From positions 5,828,001-5,892,000 of the forward strand of contig OZ059896.1 in the NCBI GenBank assembly GCA_964057225.1: a stretch of DNA of 64,000 nt, read 5' to 3'. A model generated the notes under the pieces. The model was not told the origin of the DNA. It ran no database searches and saw nothing but the letters and a program-made list of their open reading frames with translations. The translations under genes and the position numbers were made by a program. The stretch comes from Auanema rhodensis. Lineage: Eukaryota > Animalia > Nematoda. Below are positions 23,517-38,800 of the stretch, in pieces; positions within the stretch are counted from its first letter, which is position 1; every line of letters begins with the position of its first letter.

Positions 23517-26500
23517 AGAATAATTTAGCAAAAAGTAGATGTTTTTAGATTCCTTTTCTCAAGGCAAAAACGATGGACAATGTTATTCAACGAAAAAATT
23601 GATTCTTCAAGGTGAAAATCGAGGATATAGGTGTGAACTTATATCAGTTGATATCTCGGTGCATTTTTAAGCTAGCGCAAATCTGATAACACAGATCGAC
23701 GCAGCTTAAAAATCCGCATCGAATGCACTATACTACATTGAGAAACGCTTAATACAAAAATTAGTTATGATCGTTTGAAAAATGATGCATTAGTGTATGT
23801 TGAGTTTCCATGTACACTCAAAATTGCTTCCAAAAACATTTTGACAAAAATTTTTTCGAAAAATTTCAGAATAATTTAGCAAAAAGTAGATGTTTTTAGA
23901 TTCCTTTTTTCAAGGCAAAAATGATGGACAATGTCATTCAACGAAAAAATTAATTCTTCAGGGTGAAAATCGAGGATATAGGTGTGAACTTATATCAGTT
24001 GATATCTCGGTGCATTTTTAAGCTAGCGCAAATCTGATAACACAGATCGACGCAGCTTAAAAATCCGCATCGAATGCACTATACTACATTGAGAAACGCT
24101 TAATACAAAAATTAGTTATGATCGTTTGAAAAATGATGCATTAGTGTATGTTGAGTTTCCATGTACACTCAAAATTGCTTCCAAAAACATTTTGACAAAA
24201 ATTTTTTCGAAAAATTTCAGAATAATTTAGCAAAAAGTAGATGTTTTTAGATTCCTTTTTTCAAGGCAAAAACGATAGACAATGTTATTCAACGAAAAAA
24301 TTAATTCTTCAGGGTGAAAATCGAGGATATAAGTGTGAACTTATATCAGTTGATATCTCGGTGCATTTTCAAGCTAGCGCAAATCTGATAACACAGATCG
24401 ACGCAGCTTAAAAATCCGCATCGAATGCACTATACTACATTGAGAAACGCTTAATACAAAAATTAGTTATGATCGTTTGAAAAATGATGCATTAGTGTAT
24501 GTTGAGTTTCCATGTACACTCAAAATTGCTTCCAAAAACATTTTGACAAAAATTTTTTCGAAAAATTTCAGAATAATTTAGCAAAAAGTAGATGTTTTTA
24601 GATTCCTTTTTTCAAGGCAAAAACGATGGACAATGTTATTCAACGAAAAAATTAATTCTTCAGGGTGAAAATCGAGGATATAGGTGTGAACTTATATCAG
24701 TTGATATCTCGGTGCATTTTTAAGCTAGCGCAAATCTGATAACACAGATCGACGCAGCTTAAAAATCCGCATCGAATGCACTATACTACATTGAGAAACG
24801 CTTAATACAAAAATTAGTTATGATCGTTTGAAAAATGATGCATTAGTGTATGTTGAGTTTCCATGTACACTCAAAATTGCTTCCAAAAACATTTTGACAA
24901 AAATTTTTTCGAAAAATTTCAGAATAATTTAGCAAAAAGTAGATGTTTTTAGATTCCTTTTTTCAAGGCAAAAACGATGGACAATGTCATTCAACGAAAA
25001 AATTAATTCTTCAGGGTGAAAATCGAGGATATAGGTGTGAACTTATATCAGTTGATATCTCGGTGCATTTTTAAGCTAGCGCAAATCTGATAACACAGAT
25101 CGACGCAGCTTAAAAATCCGCATCGAATGCACTATACTACATTGAGAAACGCTTAATACAAAAATTAGTTATGATCGTTTGAAAAATGATGCATTAGTGT
25201 ATGTTGAGTTTCCATGTACACTCAAAATTGCTTCCAAAAACATTTTGACAAAAATTTTTTCGAAAAATTTCAGAATAATTTAGCAAAAAGTAGATGTTTT
25301 TAGATTCCTTTTTTCAAGGCAAAAACGATAGACAATGTTATTCAACGAAAAAATTAATTCTTCAGGGTGAAAATCGAGGATATAAGTGTGAACTTATATC
25401 AGTTGATATCTCGGTGCATTTTTAAGCTAGCGCAAATCTGATAACACAGATCGACGCAGCTTAAAAATCCGCATCGAATGCACTATACTACATTGAGAAA
25501 CGCTTAATACAAAAATTAGTTATGATCGTTTGAAAAATGATTCATTAGTGTATGTTGAGTTTCCATGTACACTCAAAATTGCTTCCAAAAACATTTTGAC
25601 AAAAATTTTTTCGAAAAATTTCAGAATAATTTAGCAAAAAGTAGATGTTTTTAGATTCCTTTTTTCAAGGCAAAAACGATGGACAATGTCATTCAACGAA
25701 AAAATTAATTCTTCAGGGTGAAAATCGAGGATATAGGTGTGAACTTATATCAGTTGATATCTCGGTGCATTTTCAAGCTAGCGCAAATCTGATAACACAG
25801 ATCGACGCAGCTTAAAAATCCGCATCGAATGCACTATACTACATTGAGAAACGCTTAATACAAAAATTAGTTATGATCGTTTGAAAAATGATGCATTAGT
25901 GTATGTTGAGTTTCCATGTACACTCAAAATTGCTTCCAAAAACATTTTGACAAAAATTTTTTCGAAAAATTTCAGAATAATTTAGCAAAAAGTAGATGTT
26001 TTTAGATTCCTTTTTTCAAGGCAAAAACGATGGACAATGTCATTCAACGAAAAAATTAATTCTTCAGGGTGAAAATCGAGGATATAGGTGTGAACTTATA
26101 TCAGTTGATATCTCGGTGCATTTTCAAGCTAGCGCAAATCTGATAACACAGATCGACGCAGCTTAAAAATCCGCATCGAATGCACTATACTACATTGAGA
26201 AACGCTTAATACAAAAATTAGTTATGATCGTTTGAAAAATGATGCATTAGTGTATGTTGAGTTTCCATGTACACTCAAAATTGCTTCCAAAAACATTTTG
26301 ACAAAAATTTTTTCGAAAAATTTCAGAATAATTTAGCAAAAAGTAGATGTTTTTAGATTCCTTTTTTCAAGGCAAAAACGATGGACAATGTCATTCAACG
26401 AAAAAATTAATTCTTCAGGGTGAAAATCGAGGATATAGGTGTGAACTTATATCAGTTGATATCTCGGTGCATTTTCAAGCTAGCGCAAATCTGATAACAC

Positions 26501-26675
26501 AGATCGACGCAGCTTAAAAATCCGCATCGAATGCACTATACTACATTGAGAAAAGCTAAATACAAAAATTAGTTATGATCGTTTGAAAAATGATGCATTA
26601 GTGTATGTTGAGTTTCCATGTACACTCAAAATTGCTTCCAAAAACATTTTGACAAAAATTTTTTCGAAAAATTTC

Positions 26676-29600
26676 AGAATAATTTAGCAAAAAGTAGTTG
26701 TTTTTAGATTCCTTTTTTCAAGGCAAAAACGATGGACAATGTCATTCAACGAAAAAATTAATTCTTCAGGGTGAAAATCGAGGATATAAGTGTGAACTTA
26801 TATCAGTTGATATCTCGGTGCATTTTCAAGCTAGCGCAAATCTGATAACACAGATCGACGCAGCTTAAAAATCCGCATCGAATGCACTATACTACATTAA
26901 GAAACGCTTAATACAAAAATTAGTTATGATCGTTTGAAAAATGATGCATTAGTGTATGTTGAGTTTCCATGTACACTCAAAATTGCTTCCAAAAACATTT
27001 TGACAAAAATTTTTTCGAAAAATTTCAGAATAATTTAGCAAAAAGTAGATGTTTTTAGATTCCTTTTTTCAAGGCAAAAACGATGGACAATGCCATTCAA
27101 CGAAAAAATTAATTCTTCAGGGTGAAAATCGAGGATATAGGTGTGAACTTATATCAGTTGATATCTCGGTGCATTTTTAAGCTAGCGGAAATCTGATAAC
27201 ACAGATCGACGCAGCTTAAAAATCCGCATCGAATGCACTATACTACATTGAGAAACGCTTAATACAAAAATTAGTTATGATCGTTTGAAAAATGATGCAT
27301 TAGTGTATGTTGAGTTTCCATGTACACTCAAAATTGCTTCCAAAAACATTTTGACAAAAATTTTTTCGAAAAATTTCAGAATAATTTAGCAAAAAGTAGA
27401 TGTTTTTAGATTTCTTTTTTCAAGGCAAAAACGATGGACAATGTTATTCAACGAAAAAATTAATTCTTCAGGGTGAAAATCGAGGATATAAGTGTGAACT
27501 TATATCAGTTGATATCTCGGTGCATTTTTAAGCTAGCGCAAATCTGATAACACAGATCGACGCAGCTTAAAAATCCGCATCGATTGCACTATACTACATT
27601 GAGAAACGCTTAATACAAAAATTAGTTATGATCGTTTGGAAAATGATGCATTAGTGTATGTTGAGTTTCCATGTACACTCAAAATTTCTTCCAAAAACAT
27701 TTTGACAAAAATTTTTTCGAAAAATTTCAAAATAATTTAGCAAAAAGTAGATGTTTTTAGATTCCTTTTTTCAAGGCAAAAACGATGGACAATGTTATTC
27801 AACGAAAAAATTAATTCTTCAGGGTGAAAATCGAGGATATAAGTGTGAACTTATATCAGTTGATATCTCGGTGCATTTTTAAGCTAGCGCAAATCTGATA
27901 ACACAGATCGACGCAGCTTAAAAATCCGCATCGAATGCACTATACTACATTGAGAAACGCTTAATACAAAAATTAGTTATGATCGTTTGAAAAATGATGC
28001 ATTAGTGTATGTTGAGTTTCCATGTACACTCAAAATTGCTTCCAAAAACTTTTTGACAAAAATTTTTTCGAAAAATTTCAAAATAATTTAGCAAAAAGTA
28101 GATGTTTTTAGATTCCTTTTTTCAAGGCAAAAACGATGGACAATGTTATTCAACGAAAAAATTAATTCTTCAGGGTGAAAATCGAGGATATAGGTGTGAA
28201 CTTATATCAGTTGATATCTCGGTGCATTTTCAAGCTAGCGCAAATCTGATAGTACAGATCGACGCAGCTTAAAAATCCGCATCGAATGCACTATACTACA
28301 TTGAGAAACGCTTAATACAAAAATTAGTTATGATCGTTTGAAAAATGATGCATTAGTGTATGTTGGGTTTCCATGTACACTCAACATTGCTTCCAAAAAC
28401 ATTTTGACAAAAATTTTTTCGAAAAATTTCAAAATAATTTAGCAAAAAGTAGATGTTTTTAGATTTCTTTTTTCAAGGCAAAAACGATGGACAATGTTAT
28501 TCAACGAAAAAATTAATTCTTCAGGGTGAAAATCGAGGATATAGGTGTGAACTTATATCAGTTGATTTCTCGGTGCATTTTCAAGCTAGCGCAAATCTGA
28601 TAACACAGATCGACGCAGCTTAAAAATCCGCATCGAATGCACTATACTACATTGAGAAACGCTTAATACAAAAATTAGTTATGATCGTTTGAAAAATGAT
28701 GCCTTAGTGTATGTTGAGTTTCCATGTACACTCAAAATTGCTTCCAAAAACATTTTGACAAAAATTTTTTCGAAAAATTTCAGAATAATTTAGCAAAAAG
28801 TAGATGTTTTTAGATTTCTTTTTTCAAGGCAAAAACGATGGACAATGTTATTCAACGAAAAAATTAATTCTTCAGGGTGAAAATCGAGGATATAAGTGTG
28901 AACTTATATCAGTTGATATCTCGGTGCATTTTTAAGCTAGCGCAAATCTGATAACACAGATCGACGCAGCTTAAAAATCCGCATCGTTTGCACTATACTA
29001 CATTGAGAAAAGCTAAATACAAAAATTAGTTATGATCGTTTGGAAAATGATGCATTAGTGTATGTTGAGTTTCCATGTACACTCAAAATTTCTTCCAAAA
29101 ACATTTTGACAAAAATTTTTTCGAAAAATTTCAAAATAATTTAGCAAAAAGTAGATGTTTTTAGATTTCTTTTTTCAAGGCAAAAACGATGGACAATGTT
29201 ATTCAACGAAAAAATTAATTCTTCAGGGTGAAAATCGAGGATATAAGTGTGAACTTATATCAGTTGATATCTCGGTGCATTTTTAAGCTAGCGCAAATCT
29301 GATAACACAGATCGACGCAGCTTAAAAATCCGCATCGAATGCACTATACTACATTGAGAAACGCTTAATACAAAAATTAGTTATGATCGTTTGAAAAATG
29401 ATGCATTAGTGTATGTTGAGTTTCCATGTACACTCAAAATTGCTTCCAAAAACATTTTGACAAAAATTTTTTCGAAAAATTTCAAAATAATTTAGCAAAA
29501 AGTAGATGTTTTTAGATTCCTTTTTTCAAGGCAAAAACGATGGACAATGTTATTCAACGAAAAAATTAATTCTTCAGGGTGAAAATCGAGGATATAGGTG

Positions 29601-32600
29601 TGAACTTATATCAGTTGATATCTCGGTGCATTTTCAAGCTAGCGCAAATCTGATAGTACAGATCGACGCAGCTTAAAAATCCGCATCGAATGCACTATAC
29701 TACATTGAGAAACGCTTAATACAAAAATTAGTTATGATCGTTTGAAAAATGATGCATTAGTGTATGTTGGGTTTCCATGTACACTCAACATTGCTTCCAA
29801 AAACATTTTGACAAAAATTTTTTCGAAAAATTTCAGAATAATTTAGCAAAAAGTAGATGTTTTTAGATTCCTTTTTTCAAGGCAAAAACGATGGACAATG
29901 TCATTCAACGAAAAAATTAATTCTTCAGGGTGAAAATCGAGGATATAGGTGTGAACTTATATCAGTTGATATCTCGGTGCATTTTCAAGCTAGCGCAAAT
30001 CTGATAGTACAGATCGACGCAGCTTAAAAATCCGCATCGAATGCACTATACTACATTGAGAAACGCTTAATACAAAAATTAGTTATGATCGTTTGAAAAA
30101 TGATGCATTAGTGTATGTTGGGTTTCCATGTACACTCAACATTGCTTCCAAAAACATTTTGACAAAAATTTTTTCGAAAAATTTCAGAATAATTTAGCAA
30201 AAAGTAGATGTTTTTAGATTCCTTTTTTCAAGGCAAAAACGATGGACAATGTCATTCAACGAAAAAATTAATTCTTCAGGGTGAAAATCGAGGATATAGG
30301 TGTGAACTTATATCAGTTGATATCTCGGTGCATTTTCAAGCTAGCGCAAATCTGATAACACAGATCGACGCAGCTTAAAAATCCGCATCGAATGCACTAT
30401 ACTACATTGAGAAACGCTTAATACAAAAATTAGTTATGATCGTTTGAAAAATGATGCATTAGTGTATGTTGAGTTTCCATGTACACTCAAAATTGCTTCC
30501 AAAAACATTTTGACAAAAATTTTTTCGAAAAATTTCAGAATAATTTAGCAAAAAGTAGATGTTTTTAGATTCCTTTTTTCAAGGCAAAAACGATAGACAA
30601 TGTTATTCAACGAAAAAATTAATTCTTCAGGGTGAAAATCGAGGATATAAGTGTGAACTTATATCAGTTGATATCTCGGTGCATTTTTAAGCTAGCGCAA
30701 ATCTGATAACACAGATCGACGCAGCTTAAAAATCCGCATCGAATGCACTATACTACATTGAGAAACGCTTAATACAAAAATTAGTTATGATCGTTTGAAA
30801 AATGATGCATTAGTGTATGTTGAGTTTCCATGTACACTCAAAATTGCTTCCAAAAACATTTTGACAAAAATTTTTTCGAAAAATTTCAGAATAATTTAGC
30901 AAAAAGTAGATGTTTTTAGATTCCTTTTTTCAAGGCAAAAACGATGGACAATGTCATTCAACGAAAAAATTAATTCTTCAGGGTGAAAATCGAGGATATA
31001 GGTGTGAACTTATATCAGTTGATATCTCGGTGCATTTTCAAGCTAGCGCAAATCTGATAACACAGATCGACGCAGCTTAAAAATCCGCATCGAATGCACT
31101 ATACTACATTGAGAAACGCTTAATACAAAAATTAGTTATGATCGTTTGAAAAATGATGCATTAGTGTATGTTGAGTTTCCATGTACACTCAAAATTGCTT
31201 CCAAAAACATTTTGACAAAAATTTTTTCGAAAAATTTCAGAATAATTTAGCAAAAAGTAGATGTTTTTAGATTCCTTTTTTCAAGGCAAAAACGATAGAC
31301 AATGTTATTCAACGAAAAAATTAATTCTTCAGGGTGAAAATCGAGGATATAAGTGTGAACTTATATCAGTTGATATCTCGGTGCATTTTTAAGCTAGCGC
31401 AAATCTGATAACACAGATCGACGCAGCTTAAAAATCCGCATCGAATGCACTATACTACATTGAGAAAAGCTAAATACAAAAATTAGTTATGATCGTTTGA
31501 AAAATGATGCATTAGTGTATGTTGAGTTTCCATGTACACTCAAAATTGCTTCCAAAAACATTTTGACAAAAATTTTTTCGAAAAATTTCAGAATAATTTA
31601 GCAAAAAGTAGTTGTTTTTAGATTCCTTTTTTCAAGGCAAAAACGATGGACAATGTCATTCAACGAAAAAATTAATTCTTCAGGGTGAAAATCGAGGATA
31701 TAAGTGTGAACTTATATCAGTTGATATCTCGGTGCATTTTCAAGCTAGCGCAAATCTGATAACACAGATCGACGCAGCTTAAAAATCCGCATCGAATGCA
31801 CTATACTACATTAAGAAACGCTTAATACAAAAATTAGTTATGATCGTTTGAAAAATGATGCATTAGTGTATGTTGAGTTTCCATGTACACTCAAAATTGC
31901 TTCCAAAAACATTTTGACAAAAATTTTTTCGAAAAATTTCAGAATAATTTAGCAAAAAGTAGATGTTTTTAGATTCCTTTTTTCAAGGCAAAAACGATGG
32001 ACAATGCCATTCAACGAAAAAATTAATTCTTCAGGGTGAAAATCGAGGATATAGGTGTGAACTTATATCAGTTGATATCTCGGTGCATTTTTAAGCTAGC
32101 GGAAATCTGATAACACAGATCGACGCAGCTTAAAAATCCGCATCGAATGCACTATACTACATTGAGAAACGCTTAATACAAAAATTAGTTATGATCGTTT
32201 GAAAAATGATGCATTAGTGTATGTTGGGTTTCCATGTACACTCAAAATTGCTTCCAAAAACATTTTGACAAAAATTTTTTCGAAAAATTTCAGAATAATT
32301 TAGCAAAAAGTAGATGTTTTTAGATTTCTTTTTTCAAGGCAAAAACGATGGACAATGTTATTCAACGAAAAAATTAATTCTTCAGGGTGAAAATCGAGGA
32401 TATAAGTGTGAACTTATATCAGTTGATATCTCGGTGCATTTTTAAGCTAGCGCAAATCTGATAACACAGATCGACGCAGCTTAAAAATCCGCATCGATTG
32501 CACTATACTACATTGAGAAAAGCTAAATACAAAAATTAGTTATGATCGTTTGGAAAATGATGCATTAGTGTATGTTGAGTTTCCATGTACACTCAAAATT

Positions 32601-33695
32601 TCTTCCAAAAACATTTTGACAAAAATTTTTTCGAAAAATTTCAAAATAATTTAGCAAAAAGTAGATGTTTTTAGATTTCTTTTTTCAAGGCAAAAACGAT
32701 GGACAATGTTATTCAACGAAAAAATTAATTCTTCAGGGTGAAAATCGAGGATATAAGTGTGAACTTATATCAGTTGATATCTCGGTGCATTTTTAAGCTA
32801 GCGCAAATCTGATAACACAGATCGACGCAGCTTAAAAATCCGCATCGAATGCACTATACTACATTGAGAAACGCTTAATACAAAAATTAGTTATGATCGT
32901 TTGAAAAATGATGCATTAGTGTATGTTGAGTTTCCATGTACACTCAAAATTGCTTCCAAAAACATTTTGACAAAAATTTTTTCGAAAAATTTCAAAATAA
33001 TTTAGCAAAAAGTAGATGTTTTTAGATTCCTTTTTTCAAGGCAAAAACGATGGACAATGTTATTCAACGAAAAAATTAATTCTTCAGGGTGAAAATCGAG
33101 GATATAGGTGTGAACTTATATCAGTTGATATCTCGGTGCATTTTCAAGCTAGCGCAAATCTGATAGTACAGATCGACGCAGCTTAAAAATCCGCATCGAA
33201 TGCACTATACTACATTGAGAAACGCTTAATACAAAAATTAGTTATGATCGTTTGAAAAATGATGCATTAGTGTATGTTGGGTTTCCATGTACACTCAACA
33301 TTGCTTCCAAAAACATTTTGACAAAAATTTTTTCGAAAAATTTCAAAATAATTTAGCAAAAAGTAGATGTTTTTAGATTTCTTTTTTCAAGGCAAAAACG
33401 ATGGACAATGTTATTCAACGAAAAAATTAATTCTTCAGGGTGAAAATCGAGGATATAGGTGTGAACTTATATCAGTTGATTTCTCGGTGCATTTTCAAGC
33501 TAGCGCAAATCTGATAACACAGATCGACGCAGCTTAAAAATCCGCATCGAATGCACTATACTACATTGAGAAACGCTTAATACAAAAATTAGTTATGATC
33601 GTTTGAAAAATGATGCCTTAGTGTATGTTGAGTTTCCATGTACACTCAAAATTGCTTCCAAAAACATTTTGACAAAAATTTTTTCGAAAAATTTC
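26676..33695. repeat. Six-monomer block duplicated at a 14-unit (4914 bp) offset: 26676-28781 and 31590-33695
   Basis: Both blocks open with the otherwise unseen gtagttg unit, close with the otherwise unseen gatgcctta unit, and have the same monomer order between. Confidence 0.88.
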
Positions 33696-35801
33696 AGAAT
33701 AATTTAGCAAAAAGTAGATGTTTTTAGATTCCTTTTTTCAAGGCAAAAACGATGGACAATGTCATTCAACGAAAAAATTAATTCTTCAGGGTGAAAATCG
33801 AGGATATAGGTGTGAACTTATATCAGTTGATATCTCGGTGCATTTTTAAGCTAGCGCAAATCTGATAACACAGATCGACGCAGCTTAAAAATCCGCATCG
33901 AATGCACTATACTACATTGAGAAAAGCTAAATACAAAAATTAGTTATGATCGTTTGGAAAATGATGCATTAGTGTATGTTGAGTTTCCATGTACACTCAA
34001 AATTTCTTCCAAAAACATTTTGACAAAAATTTTTTCGAAAAATTTCAAAATAATTTAGCAAAAAGTAGATGTTTTTAGATTTCTTTTTTCAAGGCAAAAA
34101 CGATGGACAATGTTATTCAACGAAAAAATTAATTCTTCAGGGTGAAAATCGAGGATATAAGTGTGAACTTATATCAGTTGATATCTCGGTGCATTTTTAA
34201 GCTAGCGCAAATCTGATAACACAGATCGACGCAGCTTAAAAATCCGCATCGAATGCACTATACTACATTGAGAAACGCTTAATACAAAAATTAGTTATGA
34301 TCGTTTGAAAAATGATGCATTAGTGTATGTTGAGTTTCCATGTACACTCAAAATTGCTTCCAAAAACATTTTGACAAAAATTTTTTCGAAAAATTTCAAA
34401 ATAATTTAGCAAAAAGTAGATGTTTTTAGATTCCTTTTTTCAAGGCAAAAACGATGGACAATGTTATTCAACGAAAAAATTAATTCTTCAGGGTGAAAAT
34501 CGAGGATATAGGTGTGAACTTATATCAGTTGATATCTCGGTGCATTTTCAAGCTAGCGCAAATCTGATAGTACAGATCGACGCAGCTTAAAAATCCGCAT
34601 CGAATGCACTATACTACATTAAGAAACGCTTAATACAAAAATTAGTTATGATCGTTTGAAAAATGATGCATTAGTGTATGTTGGGTTTCCATGTACACTC
34701 AACATTGCTTCCAAAAACATTTTGACAAAAATTTTTTCGAAAAATTTCAAAATAATTTAGCAAAAAGTAGATGTTTTTAGATTTCTTTTTTCAAGGCAAA
34801 AACGATGGACAATGTTATTCAACGAAAAAATTAATTCTTCAGGGTGAAAATCGAGGATATAGGTGTGAACTTATATCAGTTGATTTCTCGGTGCATTTTC
34901 AAGCTAGCGCAAATCTGATAACACAGATCGACGCAGCTTAAAAATCCGCATCGAATGCACTATACTACATTGAGAAACGCTTAATACAAAAATTAGTTAT
35001 GATCGTTTGAAAAATGATGCATTAGTGTATGTTGAGTTTCCATGTACACTCAAAATTGCTTCCAAAAACATTTTGACAAAAATTTTTTCGAAAAATTTCA
35101 GAATAATTTAGCAAAAAGTAGATGTTTTTAGATTCCTTTTTTCAAGGCAAAAACGATGGACAATGTCATTCAACGAAAAAATTAATTCTTCAGGGTGAAA
35201 ATCGAGGATATAGGTGTGAACTTATATCAGTTGATATCTCGGTGCATTTTCAAGCTAGCGCAAATCTGATAACACAGATCGACGCAGCTTAAAAATCCGC
35301 ATCGAATGCACTATACTACATTGAGAAAAGCTAAATACAAAAATTAGTTATGATCGTTTGAAAAATGATGCATTAGTGTATGTTGAGTTTCCATGTACAC
35401 TCAAAATTGCTTCCAAAAACATTTTGACAAAAATTTTTTCGAAAAATTTCAGAATAATTTAGCAAAAAGTAGATGTTTTTAGATTCCTTTTTTCAAGGCA
35501 AAAACGATGGACAATGTCATTCAACGAAAAAATTAATTCTTCAGGGTGAAAATCGAGGATATAAGTGTGAACTTATATCAGTTGATATCTCGGTGCATTT
35601 TCAAGCTAGCGCAAATCTGATAACACAGATCGACGCAGCTTAAAAATCCGCATCGAATGCACTATACTACATTGAGAAAAGCTAAATACAAAAATTAGTT
35701 ATGATCGTTTGAAAAATGATGCATTAGTGTATGTTGAGTTTCCATGTACACTCAAAATTGCTTCCAAAAACATTTTGACAAAAATTTTTTCGAAAAATTT
35801 C

Positions 35802-38800
35802 AGAATAATTTAGCAAAAAGTAGATGTTTTTAGATTCCTTTTTTCAAGGCAAAAACGATGGACAATGTTATTCAACGAAAAAATTGATTCTTCAAGGTGA
35901 AAATCGAGGATATAGGTGTGAACTTATATCAGTTGATATCTCGGTGCATTTTTAAGCTAGCGCAAATCTGATAACACAGATCGACGCAGCTTAAAAATCC
36001 GCATCGAATGCACTATACTACATTGAGAAAAGCTAAATACAAAAATTAGTTATGATCGTTTGAAAAATGATGCATTAGTGTATGTTGAGTTTCCATGTAC
36101 ACTCAAAATTGCTTCCAAAAACATTTTGACAAAAATTTTTTCGAAAAATTTCAGAATAATTTAGCAAAAAGTAGATGTTTTTAGATTCCTTTTTTCAAGG
36201 CAAAAACGATGGACAATGTTATTCAACGAAAAAATTGATTCTTCAAGGTGAAAATCGAGGATATAGGTGTGAACTTATATCAGTTGATATCTCGGTGCAT
36301 TTTTAAGCTAGCGCAAATCTGATAACACAGATCGACGCAGCTTAAAAATCCACATCGAATGCACTATACTACATTGAGAAACGCTTAATACAAAAATTAG
36401 TTATGATCGTTTGAAAAATGATGCATTAGTGTATGTTGAGTTTCCATGTACACTCAAAATTGCTTCCAAAAACATTTTGACGAAAATTTTTTCGAAAAAT
36501 TTCAGAATAATTTAGCAAAAAGTAGATGTTTTTAGATTCCTTTTTTCAAGGCAAAAACGATGGACAATGTTATTCAACGAAAAAATTAATTCTTCAGGGT
36601 GAAAATCGAGGATATAGGTGTGAACTTTGATATCTCGGTGCAATGTCAAGCTAGCGCAAATCTGATAGTACAGATCGACGCAGCTTAAAAATCCGCATCG
36701 ATTGCACTATACTACATTGAGAAAAGCTAAATACAAAAATTAGTTATGATCATTTGGAAAATGATGCATTAGTGTATGTTGAGTTTCCATGTACACTCAA
36801 AATTTCTTCCAAAAACATTTTGACAAAAATTTTTTCGAAAAATTTCAAAATAATTTAGCAAAAAGTAGATGTTTTTAGATTTCTTTTTTCAAGGCAAAAA
36901 CGATGGACAATGTTATTCAACGAAAAAATTAATTCTTCAGGGTGAAAATCGAGGATATAAGTGTGAACTTATATCAGTTGATATCTCGGTGCATTTTTAA
37001 GCTAGCGCAAATCTGATAACACAGATCGACGCAGCTTAAAAATCCGCATCGAATGCACTATACTACATTGAGAAACGCTTAATACAAAAATTAGTTATGA
37101 TCGTTTGAAAAATGATGCATTAGTGTATGTTGAGTTTCCATGTACACTCAAAATTGCTTCCAAAAACATTTTGACAAAAATTTTTTCGAAAAATTTCAAA
37201 ATAATTTAGCAAAAAGTAGATGTTTTTAGATTCCTTTTTTCAAGGCAAAAACGATGGACAATGTTATTCAACGAAAAAATTAATTCTTCAGGGTGAAAAT
37301 CGAGGATATAGGTGTGAACTTATATCAGTTGATATCTCGGTGCATTTTCAAGCTAGCGCAAATCTGATAGTACAGATCGACGCAGCTTAAAAATCCGCAT
37401 CGAATGCACTATACTACATTAAGAAACGCTTAATACAAAAATTAGTTATGATCGTTTGAAAAATGATGCATTAGTGTATGTTGGGTTTCCATGTACACTC
37501 AACATTGCTTCCAAAAACATTTTGACAAAAATTTTTTCGAAAAATTTCAAAATAATTTAGCAAAAAGTAGATGTTTTTAGATTTCTTTTTTCAAGGCAAA
37601 AACGATGGACAATGTTATTCAACGAAAAAATTAATTCTTCAGGGTGAAAATCGAGGATATAGGTGTGAACTTATATCAGTTGATTTCTCGGTGCATTTTC
37701 AAGCTAGCGCAAATCTGATAACACAGATCGACGCAGCTTAAAAATCCGCATCGAATGCACTATACTACATTGAGAAACGCTTAATACAAAAATTAGTTAT
37801 GATCGTTTGAAAAATGATGCATTAGTGTATGTTGAGTTTCCATGTACACTCAAAATTGCTTCCAAAAACATTTTGACAAAAATTTTTTCGAAAAATTTCA
37901 GAATAATTTAGCAAAAAGTAGATGTTTTTAGATTCCTTTTTTCAAGGCAAAAACGATGGACAATGTTATTCAACGAAAAAATTAATTCTTCAGGGTGAAA
38001 ATCGAGGATATAGGTGTGAACTTTGATATCTCGGTGCAATGTCAAGCTAGCGCAAATCTGATAGTACAGATCGACGCAGCTTAAAAATCCGCATCGATTG
38101 CACTATACTACATTGAGAAAAGCTAAATACAAAAATTAGTTATGATCATTTGGAAAATGATGCATTAGTGTATGTTGAGTTTCCATGTACACTCAAAATT
38201 GCTTCCAAAAACATTTTGACAAAAATTTTTTCGAAAAATTTCAGAATAATTTAGCAAAAAGTAGATGTTTTTAGATTCCTTTTTTCAAGGCAAAAACGAT
38301 GGACAATGTTATTCAACGAAAAAATTGATTCTTCAAGGTGAAAATCGAGGATATAGGTGTGAACTTATATCAGTTGATATCTCGGTGCATTTTTAAGCTA
38401 GCGCAAATCTGATAACACAGATCGACGCAGCTTAAAAATCCGCATCGAATGCACTATACTACATTGAGAAAAGCTAAATACAAAAATTAGTTATGATCGT
38501 TTGAAAAATGATGCATTAGTGTATGTTGAGTTTCCATGTACACTCAAAATTGCTTCCAAAAACATTTTGACAAAAATTTTTTCGAAAAATTTCAGAATAA
38601 TTTAGCAAAAAGTAGATGTTTTTAGATTCCTTTTTTCAAGGCAAAAACGATGGACAATGTTATTCAACGAAAAAATTGATTCTTCAAGGTGAAAATCGAG
38701 GATATAGGTGTGAACTTATATCAGTTGATATCTCGGTGCATTTTTAAGCTAGCGCAAATCTGATAACACAGATCGACGCAGCTTAAAAATCCACATCGAA

